Source: Mesotaenium endlicherianum
Taxonomy: Eukaryota
Direction of reading: 5' to 3'
Length of the DNA stretch: 64,000 bases
Assembly: GCA_009602735.1 (NCBI GenBank)
Contig: WELA01002258.1
Span: 866,244 to 930,243 of the forward strand
Part shown: positions 50,765 to 61,833 of the stretch, in pieces
Position numbering within the stretch: position 1 is the stretch's first letter
Layout: each line of letters starts with the position of its first letter
Made by a program: the position numbers and the translations under genes
The notes under the pieces: model-generated
Told to the model about the DNA's origin: nothing
What the model saw: the letters and a program-made list of their open reading frames with translations, nothing else
Databases searched by the model: none

Positions 50765-51031
50765 CTGTCATTTCAGTTGACACGGGAAGGTGACAGGCGG
50801 TCCTGTCTCCATTTAAGTTGGAGGGGAAAATATATGACAGTTAGTGAGCGAGAGCGATAAAAACACACTCATACGTTTATGTGTAGCGCATCGCAACTAC
50901 GTCAACTTTTAGCAATCATCCTGTAAGGTAAACAGCAGCGAAGCCACTATACTAAATACTAACATACTTCCTGCAATCCCTATGACAAAGGTCCATATCC
51001 TACTAACTTGTGCCCTGGTTACATGTGCAGG

Positions 51032-52708
51032 ATGGCGCCCACCACACAAAAGGAGGACAGAAAGCGCAAGGCAGAAGAAGCCAGGAGGACAATGGAGCAA
51101 TACCAGAAGGAGCTGGCGGCGACGTCCCTCACCAGGAGAGAACAAGAAAGGGTCCGCAAGCAACAAGAGGCGGCAGAAGAGGCACAGAGGAAGAAGGATC
51201 AGGAAGCGGAAAACCTCAGGAAGGCTGAGGAGGAGAGACAGAAGAAACAGCAAGAAGAAGCGGCAGCGGCAGAAGAGGAGAAAAGAAAAAAGATTGAAGC
51301 GGACAGACAGAAGAGCTTGGCCACTTACAGGTATACTGTGGTGGGTGGCCAAAACTTCGATAACCTGAAGGAAGCATTGCTGGCAGCCCAGGAGATCAAC
51401 AGGCTGGAACAGACAACACTGCTACAGAAGGAAGGAGCTACAGCACTGGACAGGTACATCGAGACACACACCGGCGTGGTCCTTTACGAAGATTATGCTA
51501 AGATGGTGGGCTATACAGCAGAGCAGGCCCGGTATCTCGCAGATGATTCAGAGGACAAGCCGGTCCCCATACCGGGAATAGTGGGAGATCAGAGACTCAT
51601 CCGGATGGTGAGCATGCGGCCCGATAGCTTTAAGGATACGGTATTCTACCTCACACTCCTGCCAGCTTACAATGAAGTTGAGAGAAGGAGCTGGGAGTAC
51701 TTGGCCAGGGAAGCAGGACAGCAGATGTTCTCTCCCCACTGGTTCCCGTGTAAACTGAGGAAGGCTGAGCACGGACCCCAGTACTACCAGCAGCCAACAG
51801 ACTGGAGGTGGATGACCGTCACAAATAAGAAGCAGGAGTGTGACCGAGCCCAACCGGATGACTTCCACTATGGCCTAGACGGCTATCTCATCCTACCACC
51901 TCACATTGCCCCTTGGGACCCCAGGCTGAATGGATGCCTGAGCAATATGAATGCAGAGACCAAGGAACATAGGAGGAGGGGAAGAGAGTACTTCTCTAAG
52001 GGAAAGCATGCCTTTGTCAAATGGGCAAAGAATGCAGGCCGGATAGATATCAGTAGGCTGAAGGCCAAGCAACCTCCAGCGCGCCCTAAGAAAGGGAGGT
52101 CGGTAGACTACTCCATGTCTACTAGGGAGCAGGACGACTTAGTGGACGAGACCCCTACTCTCTCCGAGGAGGAGGATGAGGAGGATGCGGAAGTAGAACA
52201 AGGCAGAGGAGAAGCATCAGCAGCAGGTACTCAGGATACCCAGCGAGAGGCAGTGGCACTTCCTAAAGAACCACGATCAGGTGTGTGGAATGTGATCCCA
52301 GTTATGGCGACAATTGGACCCCGCGCGCGCTCCCCCAGCCCACCTACCCAAGCAGGGGAAGAAGCTGATCTGACGGTACTGGGCAGCAGACCCAGACAGA
52401 AATCCCCAGAGGACAGGGATGCCAGAAGAGAGACACGCGGGTGGGCCAGAGGTATGCCAGCCTCCCCCTCCGCTCGAGGGCATGTACCTCTAGCCAATGT
52501 ATTTCAGCATCCTACTGGAATGCCTGTCTATGTGGGAATCAACACCCAAATAGTTGAAGAGCAAGCCACCATCCTCCGTTCTCCCCGAGGGCCAACTTTA
52601 GAGCAAACAGGGTTCTTTAGAAGGCCAGCTGACAGACCTAGAGGGCTGTCCAGATCTAGGTCCAGATCTCCGTCCCCTGATCCTGAAGCCCCAGGAACCA
52701 CCCCTTAA
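51032..52708 (+). CDS. Extra ORF3 of unknown function (N-terminal coiled coil, aromatic-rich central domain, disordered R/S/P tail)
   Basis: Uninterrupted ORF of 558 aa from ATG 51032, inside the TSD-bounded element, between pol and the 3' LTR remnant. Confidence 0.8.
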   Translation: MAPTTQKEDRKRKAEEARRTMEQYQKELAATSLTRREQERVRKQQEAAEEAQRKKDQEAENLRKAEEERQKKQQEEAAAAEEEKRKKIEADRQKSLATYRYTVVGGQNFDNLKEALLAAQEINRLEQTTLLQKEGATALDRYIETHTGVVLYEDYAKMVGYTAEQARYLADDSEDKPVPIPGIVGDQRLIRMVSMRPDSFKDTVFYLTLLPAYNEVERRSWEYLAREAGQQMFSPHWFPCKLRKAEHGPQYYQQPTDWRWMTVTNKKQECDRAQPDDFHYGLDGYLILPPHIAPWDPRLNGCLSNMNAETKEHRRRGREYFSKGKHAFVKWAKNAGRIDISRLKAKQPPARPKKGRSVDYSMSTREQDDLVDETPTLSEEEDEEDAEVEQGRGEASAAGTQDTQREAVALPKEPRSGVWNVIPVMATIGPRARSPSPPTQAGEEADLTVLGSRPRQKSPEDRDARRETRGWARGMPASPSARGHVPLANVFQHPTGMPVYVGINTQIVEEQATILRSPRGPTLEQTGFFRRPADRPRGLSRSRSRSPSPDPEAPGTTP

Positions 52709-55153
52709 GATGACAGGCTGAAAAGATAGTCAGTAAGGGAGGCTGGTCAGGGTCAGTTTCTTTATTTGAAGCTTAAAGATTACTTGCTGATATAAAGATC
52801 TTTATTAATTGTTAATCGATTCATTTCAGAGGAGGAGGCAATGGAGGTGCCAAGGAAGAGGGGCAAGCCCACTAAGCAGAAGGCACCAGACATGAGTGCC
52901 CCGGGGTCGAGGGAAGAGAAGAAGATGAGGAAGACAAGGCAGAGGCTAAATGCACGGAAGGCAGCAAAGAAGAGTTCCAGGAGAATGGCAGCAGTGGATT
53001 ATGATGCATCTGAACATGAGTTTGACGGAGGGCAACCCCCTAAATGAACATCATGAGCCTGAGAATGTCATGCACGACTTGGATGACTACAAGTTCAGAC
53101 AGGTGGTCCCCTGAGAGAAGTTTGAGTGGACGAAAAAGCTGGTGCCTCCACCATGTACAGGTCTGCAAAACCTAGGACCCAAATTTTTCAAAAACCTGTC
53201 CCCCTTTGCGGTTGTTACCATGTTTGTGCCATTGGATTGGTACCACAGAGTTGTTGAAACAAATGCATGTGCAAATGCAAGGAGGGCCAAGGAGTGGAAG
53301 CCAGTCACTGTGTTCGATATTGTTACGTGGCATGGACTGTGTCTGGCAATGGCCTTGTGGCCTTTGCTTAGGATCAGTCAGTATTGGGGAAATGAGACTG
53401 CTGGTTCACTTCAGTTTCCTACATTTAGGCACAAGGATCAGGTGGCAGGAGATTAAGAAGTATCTTCGCTTTCGAGATAATACTGGCAGGGATATACACG
53501 CTAAGAATGCAGGTGAGTACAAGCTGTGGCAGTGCTCCTCGTTTAGTGATCTTTTGAAGCACAAGTTTCAGTACTGGTACAATCCTCAGGCGAACCTAAC
53601 AGTGGGCGAGAGGGCTATTCCAACATGCAACAAGCACTGTCCAGTCAGAGTCTACAATGCAAGCATACCTTCCAAGTTGGGAATACAGGTGTGGACTATA
53701 TGTGATAGCACTTCTTACTACTGCTATGCTTTCAATGTGTACGACAAAGTAAAGCAGGTTGGTTTGCATACCACCTGTATTCTGGAGTTGCTAAAGAACT
53801 TGCCTGAAGGTGTGATTTACAGCCTCATTCTCAACAGAGGCTTCACTTCTCTCATTCTTTTGGAGAAGCTTGTTGAACTGGACCATAGAGCTACAGGGAG
53901 TTGTCAAGATGGCAGGATGATTTTTCCTAAGGAGCTGCTGCAAGTAGAACCAGAGCTTGGTGAGGAAGAAGTCAAGCAAGGTACTTTCATTGCAGTAGTT
54001 TGTGAACAGCCCCATCAGCTTGCAGTTTTTTGGAAGGATGAGAAGGTTGGACATTTCATGTCTACTGCTATAGGGGTGGATGAGAGAGAGATTCAAGGGA
54101 GGCACAAGGATGGCACTGTGAACTCCATGAAGTGCTCGGAGATGGTGCTGCACTACAACCAGCACAAGGACGCTGTTGACCAATTTGGAGTGCTATGTCT
54201 GCACGGAAAATATTTTGACGAGCTGGAGCATGTGAGCTACAAATGGTGGCACAACTTATGTTGGGAGTTGTTTGATGGGGCTCTTGCAAATGCAGTCATT
54301 TTGTATGTCATGGCACATCCCAGCGTCACCAAGTTCAAATTTATGGTGGAGGTTGTGAGAGGGATGACTAACTACGAGTTCACGAGGAACAGCAGGCAGA
54401 GATCACAACATGGAGAACAGCCTACAGGCAAAGGAGGAGAGGTGGACAGCCAGGCACTTTCCTGATTGGATCCTAGAAGGAGGAAATGGCCAGAGGGGAG
54501 TGCTGGTCGGAAGAGTAGGGCACCTTTTTACTGCTCATCCTGCAGCGTGGCTCTGTGTGCACTGCCCTGCTTTGGTGTGCTTCACAATGAGAGGAAGATA
54601 GAGCATGTGGATGAGGGACCTTACAGGTTGCCTAATAAGAGGAGGAAGAAATAGAGAGCTATAGATGTACCAAGTAAAGTGCATTCTTCAGGAATGACGA
54701 CACTCTAGGGCATGAAGTGGTTATATTTTGACAGTTTCATTTTTCTGCATTTTGAATGAATTTCCATATTGTTTTCTGTGAATGACAATAACAGGTCTTC
54801 TCTTTTTGTTCCTGTAACCTTCTGTGAGTAACATCCATCTCATTTCAGGGGCTATCATCAATTTTCATATATTTACAATAAGTAATCATGCTATGTTGTG
54901 ATTTCAATTTTAGGCGAGAAGGTACATGTATGGGAAATTCCAGCATGCACTGCAATGGATGCACTCTCTCAACACAACGTGCACATGATTTACAGAAGAC
55001 CTTTACACAGATTCCTACTCATTGTGGGATATTTATTATTATTAACTTCACAAGCTGTATATGACAAGCAAATAAAAGTAGAATGTTTCACACTTTCTGT
55101 TACACCAAGATAGTATCAAAGTAAACCACTCAATAACCACGTCGGTCCCATAT

Positions 55154-55656
55154 TGTAGTGATTTGAGTTATTATATATTAGTTCGCATATATTTTAATGT
55201 TTTCAAATATATTTGGAGTAGTATTGTGTGGATTCAAGTGTGAATAGGTACTCTAGTGACTTGGTTCATGTCCTTTGAACCTTCTAAGGCATTTTCGAAG
55301 TTAGAGGAAAGACCTAGAAGAACTCCATGTGGCAAAAGTCAGATGTGCCATTTTTAGGTCAAAAGGACATGTGTACATTATTCTAGAAAGAGGTGGCAAG
55401 TTTTGGGATGTGTTGGGTGCCAACACATCAACATACACCTTCCTAGAAATTACTTATGTAGCAAGTATATAAACAAGAGCTAGAACATAGAAAGACATTC
55501 CAGAATCACTCTTGTACTTGCCAAAATCCAGAAATATATTAACTTTCAAGAAGCCATCTCTCTTTCAAGAAGCTACCACTTGTGTTCAAAGATCCTTGTC
55601 TTGAATAGATAAAGTATTCTGTTTTACTAAGTACTTTATCTATCTGTTTCACTACA
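55154..55656 (+). repeat. 5' LTR (TATA-like TATATAAA at 55466)
   Basis: Direct repeat of 61331-61833 with 8-bp terminal inverted repeats. Confidence 0.97.
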
Positions 55657-55693
55657 GTGGTATCGGAGCTAGGCACTTTGGTAGCACAAGAAG

Positions 55694-56974
55694 ATGGCCG
55701 ATCCTCAAGACCAACAGCAAGCTTTCGAAGGAAGCCCTTCCTCTCCAAGACACCCTCCTCCAGCGCCGATGGGAGAGCCCACTCAAGAAAATCTGCAACA
55801 ACAAGAAGCACCACAAGGAGGAGCACACCCTCCTCCAGCGTCGATGGGAGAGCCTACTCAAGGAAATCTGCAACAACAAGAAGCACCACAAGGAGGAGCA
55901 CCGTCAAATCCCGTGGCAGCCGCTATAGCAAAGTTGACCCCACCACAAGGAGTTCCCGCAAATGAGTGGGCAGCCTTCCTAATGACCGTCCACAACCAAG
56001 TGGGCTTGGCCACCTATGAAGCAACCGTGCAAGCGTCAAGAGAAGCTATGGCTGCCATGGTTGCCCCTATTGCGAGCAATGCTCAAAATCCAGCCCCGGC
56101 TCAAGCGCCTCCACAAGAGCCAACGAGAGCAAGGAAACTCATCAAGCCCGGCAAACCCGACACTTTCAACCCCGGGAAAGGTGCCAACCTGAATTTATGG
56201 CTCTACCAAGTGGAGACGTACCTCGCGTTCCTTGAAGTACCCGAGGAGGACTACGTTCCCTTTGCCGTTACCTTACTTAGAGGAGCAGCAACATCATGGT
56301 GGCGTAACTATCAAGCGGCTATATATCAAGCTATGGCGCACCCCATGCTCGGCCAAGAGCCCCCACCATCATATGCAAGATGGGCAGATTTTCGTGAGGC
56401 CCTCAAGAAGCAATTCATGCCCATCAATGCGGAGAAGATTGCCCGAGGAAAGCTCCACCATCTCAAGCAAACGACGTCCGTTCAAGAGTATACATCCAGA
56501 TTTCACGCCCTCACTCTTGAGATCCCCAACATGTCTCTCGAGGAGAAGATTGACCGTTACATCTTTGGCCTCAAACCCAAGGTGGCAAAGGAAGTGGAGT
56601 TACGCGACTTGACGGACTTCTCAAAGATCATTGAAGTGGCCCAAAAGGTGGATACCTTGGATTTCAAGCACTCCGTGCCTTCATCTTCACGGGTACCGAC
56701 GACGCGGGTGTACGCAGCCCCTTCCACATCCGAATCTGGACCCACACCCATGGAAATCGGAGTTATTAAAAGGGACCCCGCGGCTGCCCGGAAGAGTGGA
56801 AGACCCTCCAATGACACTTATGATGCAAGAAACCAGCAAGGAGTGAAAGCAAGACTCTCCCCGGCTGAAAAAGAAGCTCTCATGACGGCTGGACTATGCT
56901 TCTATTGCAAGGAAAAGGGCCATCGTGCACTTTCATGCCCCAAAAAGTTGTCAAAAAACGGACAGCGCCGGTAG
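55694..56974 (+). CDS. gag: Gag with a 25-aa tandem repeat and CCHC
   Basis: [38 protein letters not shown]. Confidence 0.95.
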   Translation: MADPQDQQQAFEGSPSSPRHPPPAPMGEPTQENLQQQEAPQGGAHPPPASMGEPTQGNLQQQEAPQGGAPSNPVAAAIAKLTPPQGVPANEWAAFLMTVHNQVGLATYEATVQASREAMAAMVAPIASNAQNPAPAQAPPQEPTRARKLIKPGKPDTFNPGKGANLNLWLYQVETYLAFLEVPEEDYVPFAVTLLRGAATSWWRNYQAAIYQAMAHPMLGQEPPPSYARWADFREALKKQFMPINAEKIARGKLHHLKQTTSVQEYTSRFHALTLEIPNMSLEEKIDRYIFGLKPKVAKEVELRDLTDFSKIIEVAQKVDTLDFKHSVPSSSRVPTTRVYAAPSTSESGPTPMEIGVIKRDPAAARKSGRPSNDTYDARNQQGVKARLSPAEKEALMTAGLCFYCKEKGHRALSCPKKLSKNGQRR

Positions 56975-59900
56975 GCCAGGAGCCTACCACCCCAAGACCC
57001 ACTTCACGAGAAGGCAACACGCCAAGTGAGGTGGAGACCCCCGTTGAAGACGACGTTCCAGCCCCAATGAGTTTGAGAGGTTACCTTGGAGGAGAGAAGG
57101 TCCACATCTTGGTGGATAGCGGAGCTCAAGGCAACTTCATTGCTGCAGATTTTGCCACCAAGCACGGTATTACTATGCGAACTCTTGACCACGACGAGGA
57201 GATTATGATGCCCGATGGATTCTCCTATACTACCCCTTCCAAGAAGACGTACCCCTTGGCACTCTCTATCAAGTCCTTCAAGGATAGAGTAGTGTTCTCC
57301 CCCATGCAATTGGGCAAGTACGACGTCATCCTAGGGACGCCTTGGTTGACCAAGCACAACCCCCAAGTTGATTGGAGGACCGGTACTATCAAGATCAAGA
57401 ATGACATCACTTCAAGAATCTGTATTTTGCGCGCAATCCAGAATATCCAGACCCAAGACATCCAGAAGCCGGCACACGAGATACTATTGTCCGCCCTCCA
57501 ACTCAAGAGACTTGTGAGGAAGGGACACGAGCTTCTTTTGGCCTTGATCACGCCAAAAGACATCAAGAAAGACATCGAGAGTCAAGAAGGCAGCCCCGTT
57601 CCCAAGGAGATACAAGAAGTCTTTGAGGACTACAAAGAAGTGTTCTCCCCGGAATTGCCCAAGGGCCTACCCCCCAAAAGATTCGTAGACCACAAGATAG
57701 AGTTGGAGCCCGGAAGCAAGCCCATCTCTCGGCCTACGTTCAAAATGTCATACACGGAGCTAGACGAAGTCAAGAAGCAAATCAAGGAGCTACTGGAGCA
57801 TGGCTTCATTCGACCTAGCAAGTCGCCATTTGGAGCCCCGGTGCTATTTGTCAAGAAGAAAGATGGTACCTTGAGGATGTGTGTGGACTATCGCGCCCTC
57901 AACAAGATCACCATCAAGAATCGATACCCGCTGCCGCGCATGGATGAGCTCATGGACCGGCTGGTTGGAGCCAAGTACTTCACGAAGATTGACTTACGGA
58001 GCGGCTACCACCAGATTCGCATCGCAGAACCGGACATAGAGAAGACGGCATTCAGGACAAGATATGGACATTTTGAGTTCATGGTCCTGCCATTTGGACT
58101 CACCAACGCGCCAGCAACTTTCATGACTATGATGAACACCATATTTCAGCCCATGTTGGACAGATTTGTGGTGGTATTCATCGATGACATCCTTATCTAC
58201 AGCAAGACCCTTGAAGAGCATGCGAGACACTTGAAAGAAGTCCTTGAAGTATTGAAGCAAAACAAGCTGTTTGCGAAGGAGTCAAAATGCGAGTTTGCCA
58301 AACAAGAAGTGGAGTTCCTAGGTCTCCACGTGACTGCTGATGGCATCAAGATAGACCCCAAGAAGACCACGGTGGTGGAGGAATGGCCAACCCCCACGAC
58401 CAAGAAAGAACTCCAGTCATTCTTGGGATTTGCCAATTGGTACAGAAAATTCATCCAAGGCTTCTCGCACATAGCAGCCCCCCTGACAGATCTACTCAAG
58501 AAGGACAGGCTATATACATGGACCGAGAAAGAGGAAGAGGCATTTCAAGAGTTAAAGCGAAGATTGACCACATCCCCGGTGCTCACACTCCCAAGTCCAA
58601 ACCCAGATTGGCCCTTCCACGTCATCACCGATGCATCTTCCTATGCAATAGGAGCAATCCTGCTTCAAGACCAAGGCAAGGGACTGCAGCCCATCGCCTA
58701 CGAGTCAAGGAAGCTAAATCCAGCCGAGCAAAATTATACAACCACGGAGCGAGAGGCATTGGCGATTGTACATGCCTTGAAGGTTTGGCGCTGCTACGTT
58801 GAAGGACGCAAAGTACTGGTCACCACGGACCACGAGGCGTTAAAGCACCTCCAGACGCAGCCGTATCTCTCAAGGAGACAAGCAAGATGGAGCGGATACT
58901 TGCAACAATACAACATCACGATTCAGTACCAGCCCGGCAAGACAAACCCGGCTGACCCCCTCTCAAGACTGCAATTAAATGCAGTGATGGTATCCCTGAA
59001 GACAGATCTGGAAGCTCGATTTTCAGCCGCCTATGAAAGAGACCCTTACTACAAGAACGGAGAAGCAGCCTTGGACCCATGCAAGAAGCAAGAAGGCAAT
59101 TATTGGGTGAGGCAAGATACGGGCCAGAGATGTGTTCCTAATGACTTAGACCTCCGGCTCTTGCTTCTACGAGAAGCACACGACAACCCTCTTGGAGGAC
59201 ACTTTGGAATCCTAAGGACCACGGGCGTTCTAGCTAGGACTTATTGTTGGCCAGGCATGTCTAAGCAAGTCAAGGAGTACTGCAGGAGCTGTGACACATG
59301 CCAAAGAATCAAGCCATCATCGCAAAAGGCGGGAGGACTCCTCCAACCACTACCAATCCCCGAAAGACAATGGACGGACATCTCAATGGACCTTATCGTG
59401 GACTTGCCCGTGACACCTCGAGGCCATAATGCAATACTCACGGTGGTGGACAGACTTACCAAGATGGCTCATTTTATTCCCACGACGACTAAGGCTACAG
59501 CACCACAACTTGCAAGACTCATCTTTGACAACATCTTCCGACTCCATGGACTACCATCAAGAATTGTGTCAGATAGAGATCCAAGATTCACAAGCCATTT
59601 CTGGAAAAATCTCTTCAAGAACTTGGGTACATCGCTGGATATGTCTACTGCCTACCACCCACAATCAGATGGGCAAACCGAGCGTATGAATCGTACCCTA
59701 AAGACCTCTCTAAAGGCCTACGTGTCTACCCTCGAGCAAGACTGGGACATGTACTTGACCCCCCTCGAGTTTGCCTACAACAACACTACGCAGGCCTCTA
59801 CCCAAGAGTCCCCATTCTTCCTCAACTATGGCTTCCATCCGACCACGCCACTGAGCTTCACGGCTGGCCATGATGAAGTACCTGCAGCCACAGATTTTAT

Positions 59901-60561
59901 GGAGACATTAGAAGCAGCCCTTACAGCAGCGAAGAAAGCTCTACAACACGCGCAAGATGCTCAAGCAAGAGTGGCGAACAGATCCAGAAGAGAAATTACG
60001 TACAGAGTGGGTGACAACGTGTTACTATCATCCAAGAACATTTCCCTGAACAACAGGCCTGCCGGCAGCAAGTTCTCTCCCAAGTATTTGGGACCCTTCA
60101 AGATTATCCAGCAAGTCAACCCCGTTGCTTTCAAGCTAGAACTTCCCCAGACTATGCACATCGACCCCGTATTCCACGCTTCCCTCTTCAAGCCATATGT
60201 GCAACCCGACAACAAGTTCCCAGGACGTGTGACAACCCCACCAGCCCCAACAATAGTGGATGATCATTTGGAGTACGAAGTGGAAGACATAGTGGCTATG
60301 AGAAATTTCAGGAGACAGCAGCAATACTTGATCAAGTGGAAAGGATATCCAGATTCGGAGAATAGTTGGGTGGCGGCGCACTACCTTGACAAAGTTCAGA
60401 GAAAGTTGAAGCGCTTCCATGCCGCCAACCCCCATCTTGGACCAGCCCCAAGTCTCTCTACTAGAAGCCCGAAGACTTCAGGGAGGCAGCCTGCCACCAT
60501 CAAGAAGCAGCAGAAGACCCCTTGGAGGCAGCCTGCAAGAACAAGAAAGAGGAAAAATTGA
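56953..60561 (+). CDS. pol: Pol (PR-RT-RH-IN-chromodomain), -1 frame to gag
   Basis: LVDSGA, FIDD, TDAS, HHCC/DDE, GPF, chromodomain YEVEDIV...YLIKWKGY...NSW. Confidence 0.96.
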   Translation, partial: KKRTAPVGQEPTTPRPTSREGNTPSEVETPVEDDVPAPMSLRGYLGGEKVHILVDSGAQGNFIAADFATKHGITMRTLDHDEEIMMPDGFSYTTPSKKTYPLALSIKSFKDRVVFSPMQLGKYDVILGTPWLTKHNPQVDWRTGTIKIKNDITSRICILRAIQNIQTQDIQKPAHEILLSALQLKRLVRKGHELLLALITPKDIKKDIESQEGSPVPKEIQEVFEDYKEVFSPELPKGLPPKRFVDHKIELEPGSKPISRPTFKMSYTELDEVKKQIKELLEHGFIRPSKSPFGAPVLFVKKKDGTLRMCVDYRALNKITIKNRYPLPRMDELMDRLVGAKYFTKIDLRSGYHQIRIAEPDIEKTAFRTRYGHFEFMVLPFGLTNAPATFMTMMNTIFQPMLDRFVVVFIDDILIYSKTLEEHARHLKEVLEVLKQNKLFAKESKCEFAKQEVEFLGLHVTADGIKIDPKKTTVVEEWPTPTTKKELQSFLGFANWYRKFIQGFSHIAAPLTDLLKKDRLYTWTEKEEEAFQELKRRLTTSPVLTLPSPNPDWPFHVITDASSYAIGAILLQDQGKGLQPIAYESRKLNPAEQNYTTTEREALAIVHALKVWRCYVEGRKVLVTTDHEALKHLQTQPYLSRRQARWSGYLQQYNITIQYQPGKTNPADPLSRLQLNAVMVSLKTDLEARFSAAYERDPYYKNGEAALDPCKKQEGNYWVRQDTGQRCVPNDLDLRLLLLREAHDNPLGGHFGILRTTGVLARTYCWPGMSKQVKEYCRSCDTCQRIKPSSQKAGGLLQPLPIPERQWTDISMDLIVDLPVTPRGHNAILTVVDRLTKMAHFIPTTTKATAPQLARLIFDNIFRLHGLPSRIVSDRDPRFTSHFWKNLFKNLGTSLDMSTAYHPQSDGQTERMNRTLKTSLKAYVSTLEQDWDMYLTPLEFAYNNTTQASTQESPFFLNYGFHPTTPLSFTAGHDEVPAATDFMETLEAALTAAKKALQHAQDAQARVANRSRREITYRVGDNVLLSSKNISLNNRPAGSKFSPKYLGPFKIIQQVNPVAFKLELPQTMHIDPVFHASLFKPYVQPDNKFPGRVTTPPAPTIVDDHLEYEVEDIVAMRNFRRQQQYLIKWKGYPDSENSWVAAHYLDKVQRKLKRFHAANPHLGPAPSLSTRSPKTSGRQPATIKKQQKTPWRQPARTRKRKN

Positions 60562-61330
60562 CATTAGACACTCTTCTCTTCTCGCAGTTTCTGGACAGAA
60601 AACTAAAACTGCTACTGGTAATAGGTCTCTGCATAATAAATTCTGAAAATTTACCTGGCTGTAGTCCATGAGTAGCCGGTCATTTAGAGTCCAAGTTTGC
60701 TCAATTTGGAGCACTGGTGAGAGAGATATGATGCTCTAAGTAGAAGGGGGTCAGGCTGCTGGCATTGTTAGGACAGAATATGCCTTCTGACATTGTGCCT
60801 TCCCCTGAACTTGGAATGCTCTGAAACTCAAGACTCTGGTAGAACATCTTACAGCGCCCAGTTTGAGACTTAGTTTGCAGAATTTGGAGAAGTATAGAAG
60901 GACTTATGATTTTCAGAAGTTTCTGCACAGATTTGGAGGAGTGCCTACTCTCTCAGCTCTCAACGACACTCCAGAAATGAGAATGCTCTCAAATTTGGTG
61001 ACCCGGTAGAGTTCTCCGACGCGGTCCGTCTGGCACTCGAATTTTCAGATTTGGAGCAGTTCTGTGGCCGCTATGAATTTTTGAGTTCGTGGCAGATTCT
61101 GGGCCAACTTGTACAATTTTCTTTATCATTAAGGAGTAGGCTAGCCAATAAGGTCACACCACCTACGACCTTGCCTAGTCTACCTTACATGTGTAGCACC
61201 TGACTTGGCGCCTTTGACTAGTCCTCTTCACATGTGTGGCATCTGACTTGAAACTGTTGACTAGTTTGCTCCACATGTGTAAGACCTGACTTGACGCGCC
61301 GAGACGTCGCTTTTTCTATCGGGGGGGTGA

Positions 61331-61833
61331 TGTAGTGATTTGAGTTATTATATATTAGTTTGCATATATTTTAATGTTTTCAAATATATTTGGAGTAGTA
61401 TTGTGTGGAGTCAAGTGTGAATAGGTACTCTAGTAACTTGGTTCATGTCCTTTGAACCTTCCAAGGCATTTTCGAAGTTAGAGGAAAGACCTAGAAGAAC
61501 TCCATGTGGCAAAAGTCAGATGTGCCATTTTTAGGTCAAAAGGACATGTGTACATTATTCTAGAAAGAGGTGGCAAGTTTTGGGATGTGTTGGGTGCCAA
61601 CACATCAACATACACCTTCCTAGAAATTACTTATGTAGCAAGTATATAAACAAGAGCTAGAACATAGAAAGACATGGGAGAATCACTCTTGTACTTGCCA
61701 AAATCCAGAAATATATTAACTTTCAAGAAGCCATCTCTCTTTCAAGAAGCTACCACTTGTGTTCAAAGATCCTTGTCTTGAATAGATAAAGTATTCTGTT
61801 TTACTAAGTACTTTATCTATCTGTTTCACTACA
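61331..61833 (+). repeat. 3' LTR
   Basis: Follows the G-tract PPT and is followed by TSD CATAT. Confidence 0.97.

Larger units (their letters stand above)
44721..52828 (+). mobile_element. Ty3/gypsy chromovirus with an extra 3' ORF; 5' LTR 44721-45466, truncated 3' LTR 52774-52828
   Basis: TGTAAT...ATTTCA termini, 5-bp TSD GAGGA (44716-44720 and 52829-52833), PBS TGGTATCGGAGC 45468-45479, intact gag and pol. Confidence 0.93.
44254..54654 (+). pseudogene. piggyBac-like transposase (acidic N-terminus 44254-44720 + 52834-54654), split by an LTR element
   Basis: The Glu-run rejoins in frame across the insertion. Motifs: W.PVT...YW, KYLRFRDN, LTVGE..IP, KLGIQVW..CDS..YCY.F.VY, NRGFTS, TGS, WKD, HYNQHKDAVD, KWW, and the C-terminal C..C...LC...CF...H. 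Confidence 0.85.
55154..61833 (+). mobile_element. Full-length Ty3/gypsy chromovirus
   Basis: 503-bp LTRs at 55154-55656 and 61331-61833 (TGTAGTGA...TCACTACA, about 7 mismatches by eye). TSD CATAT, PBS TGGTATCGGAGC 55658-55669, PPT 61321-61330, intact gag and pol. Confidence 0.97.
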
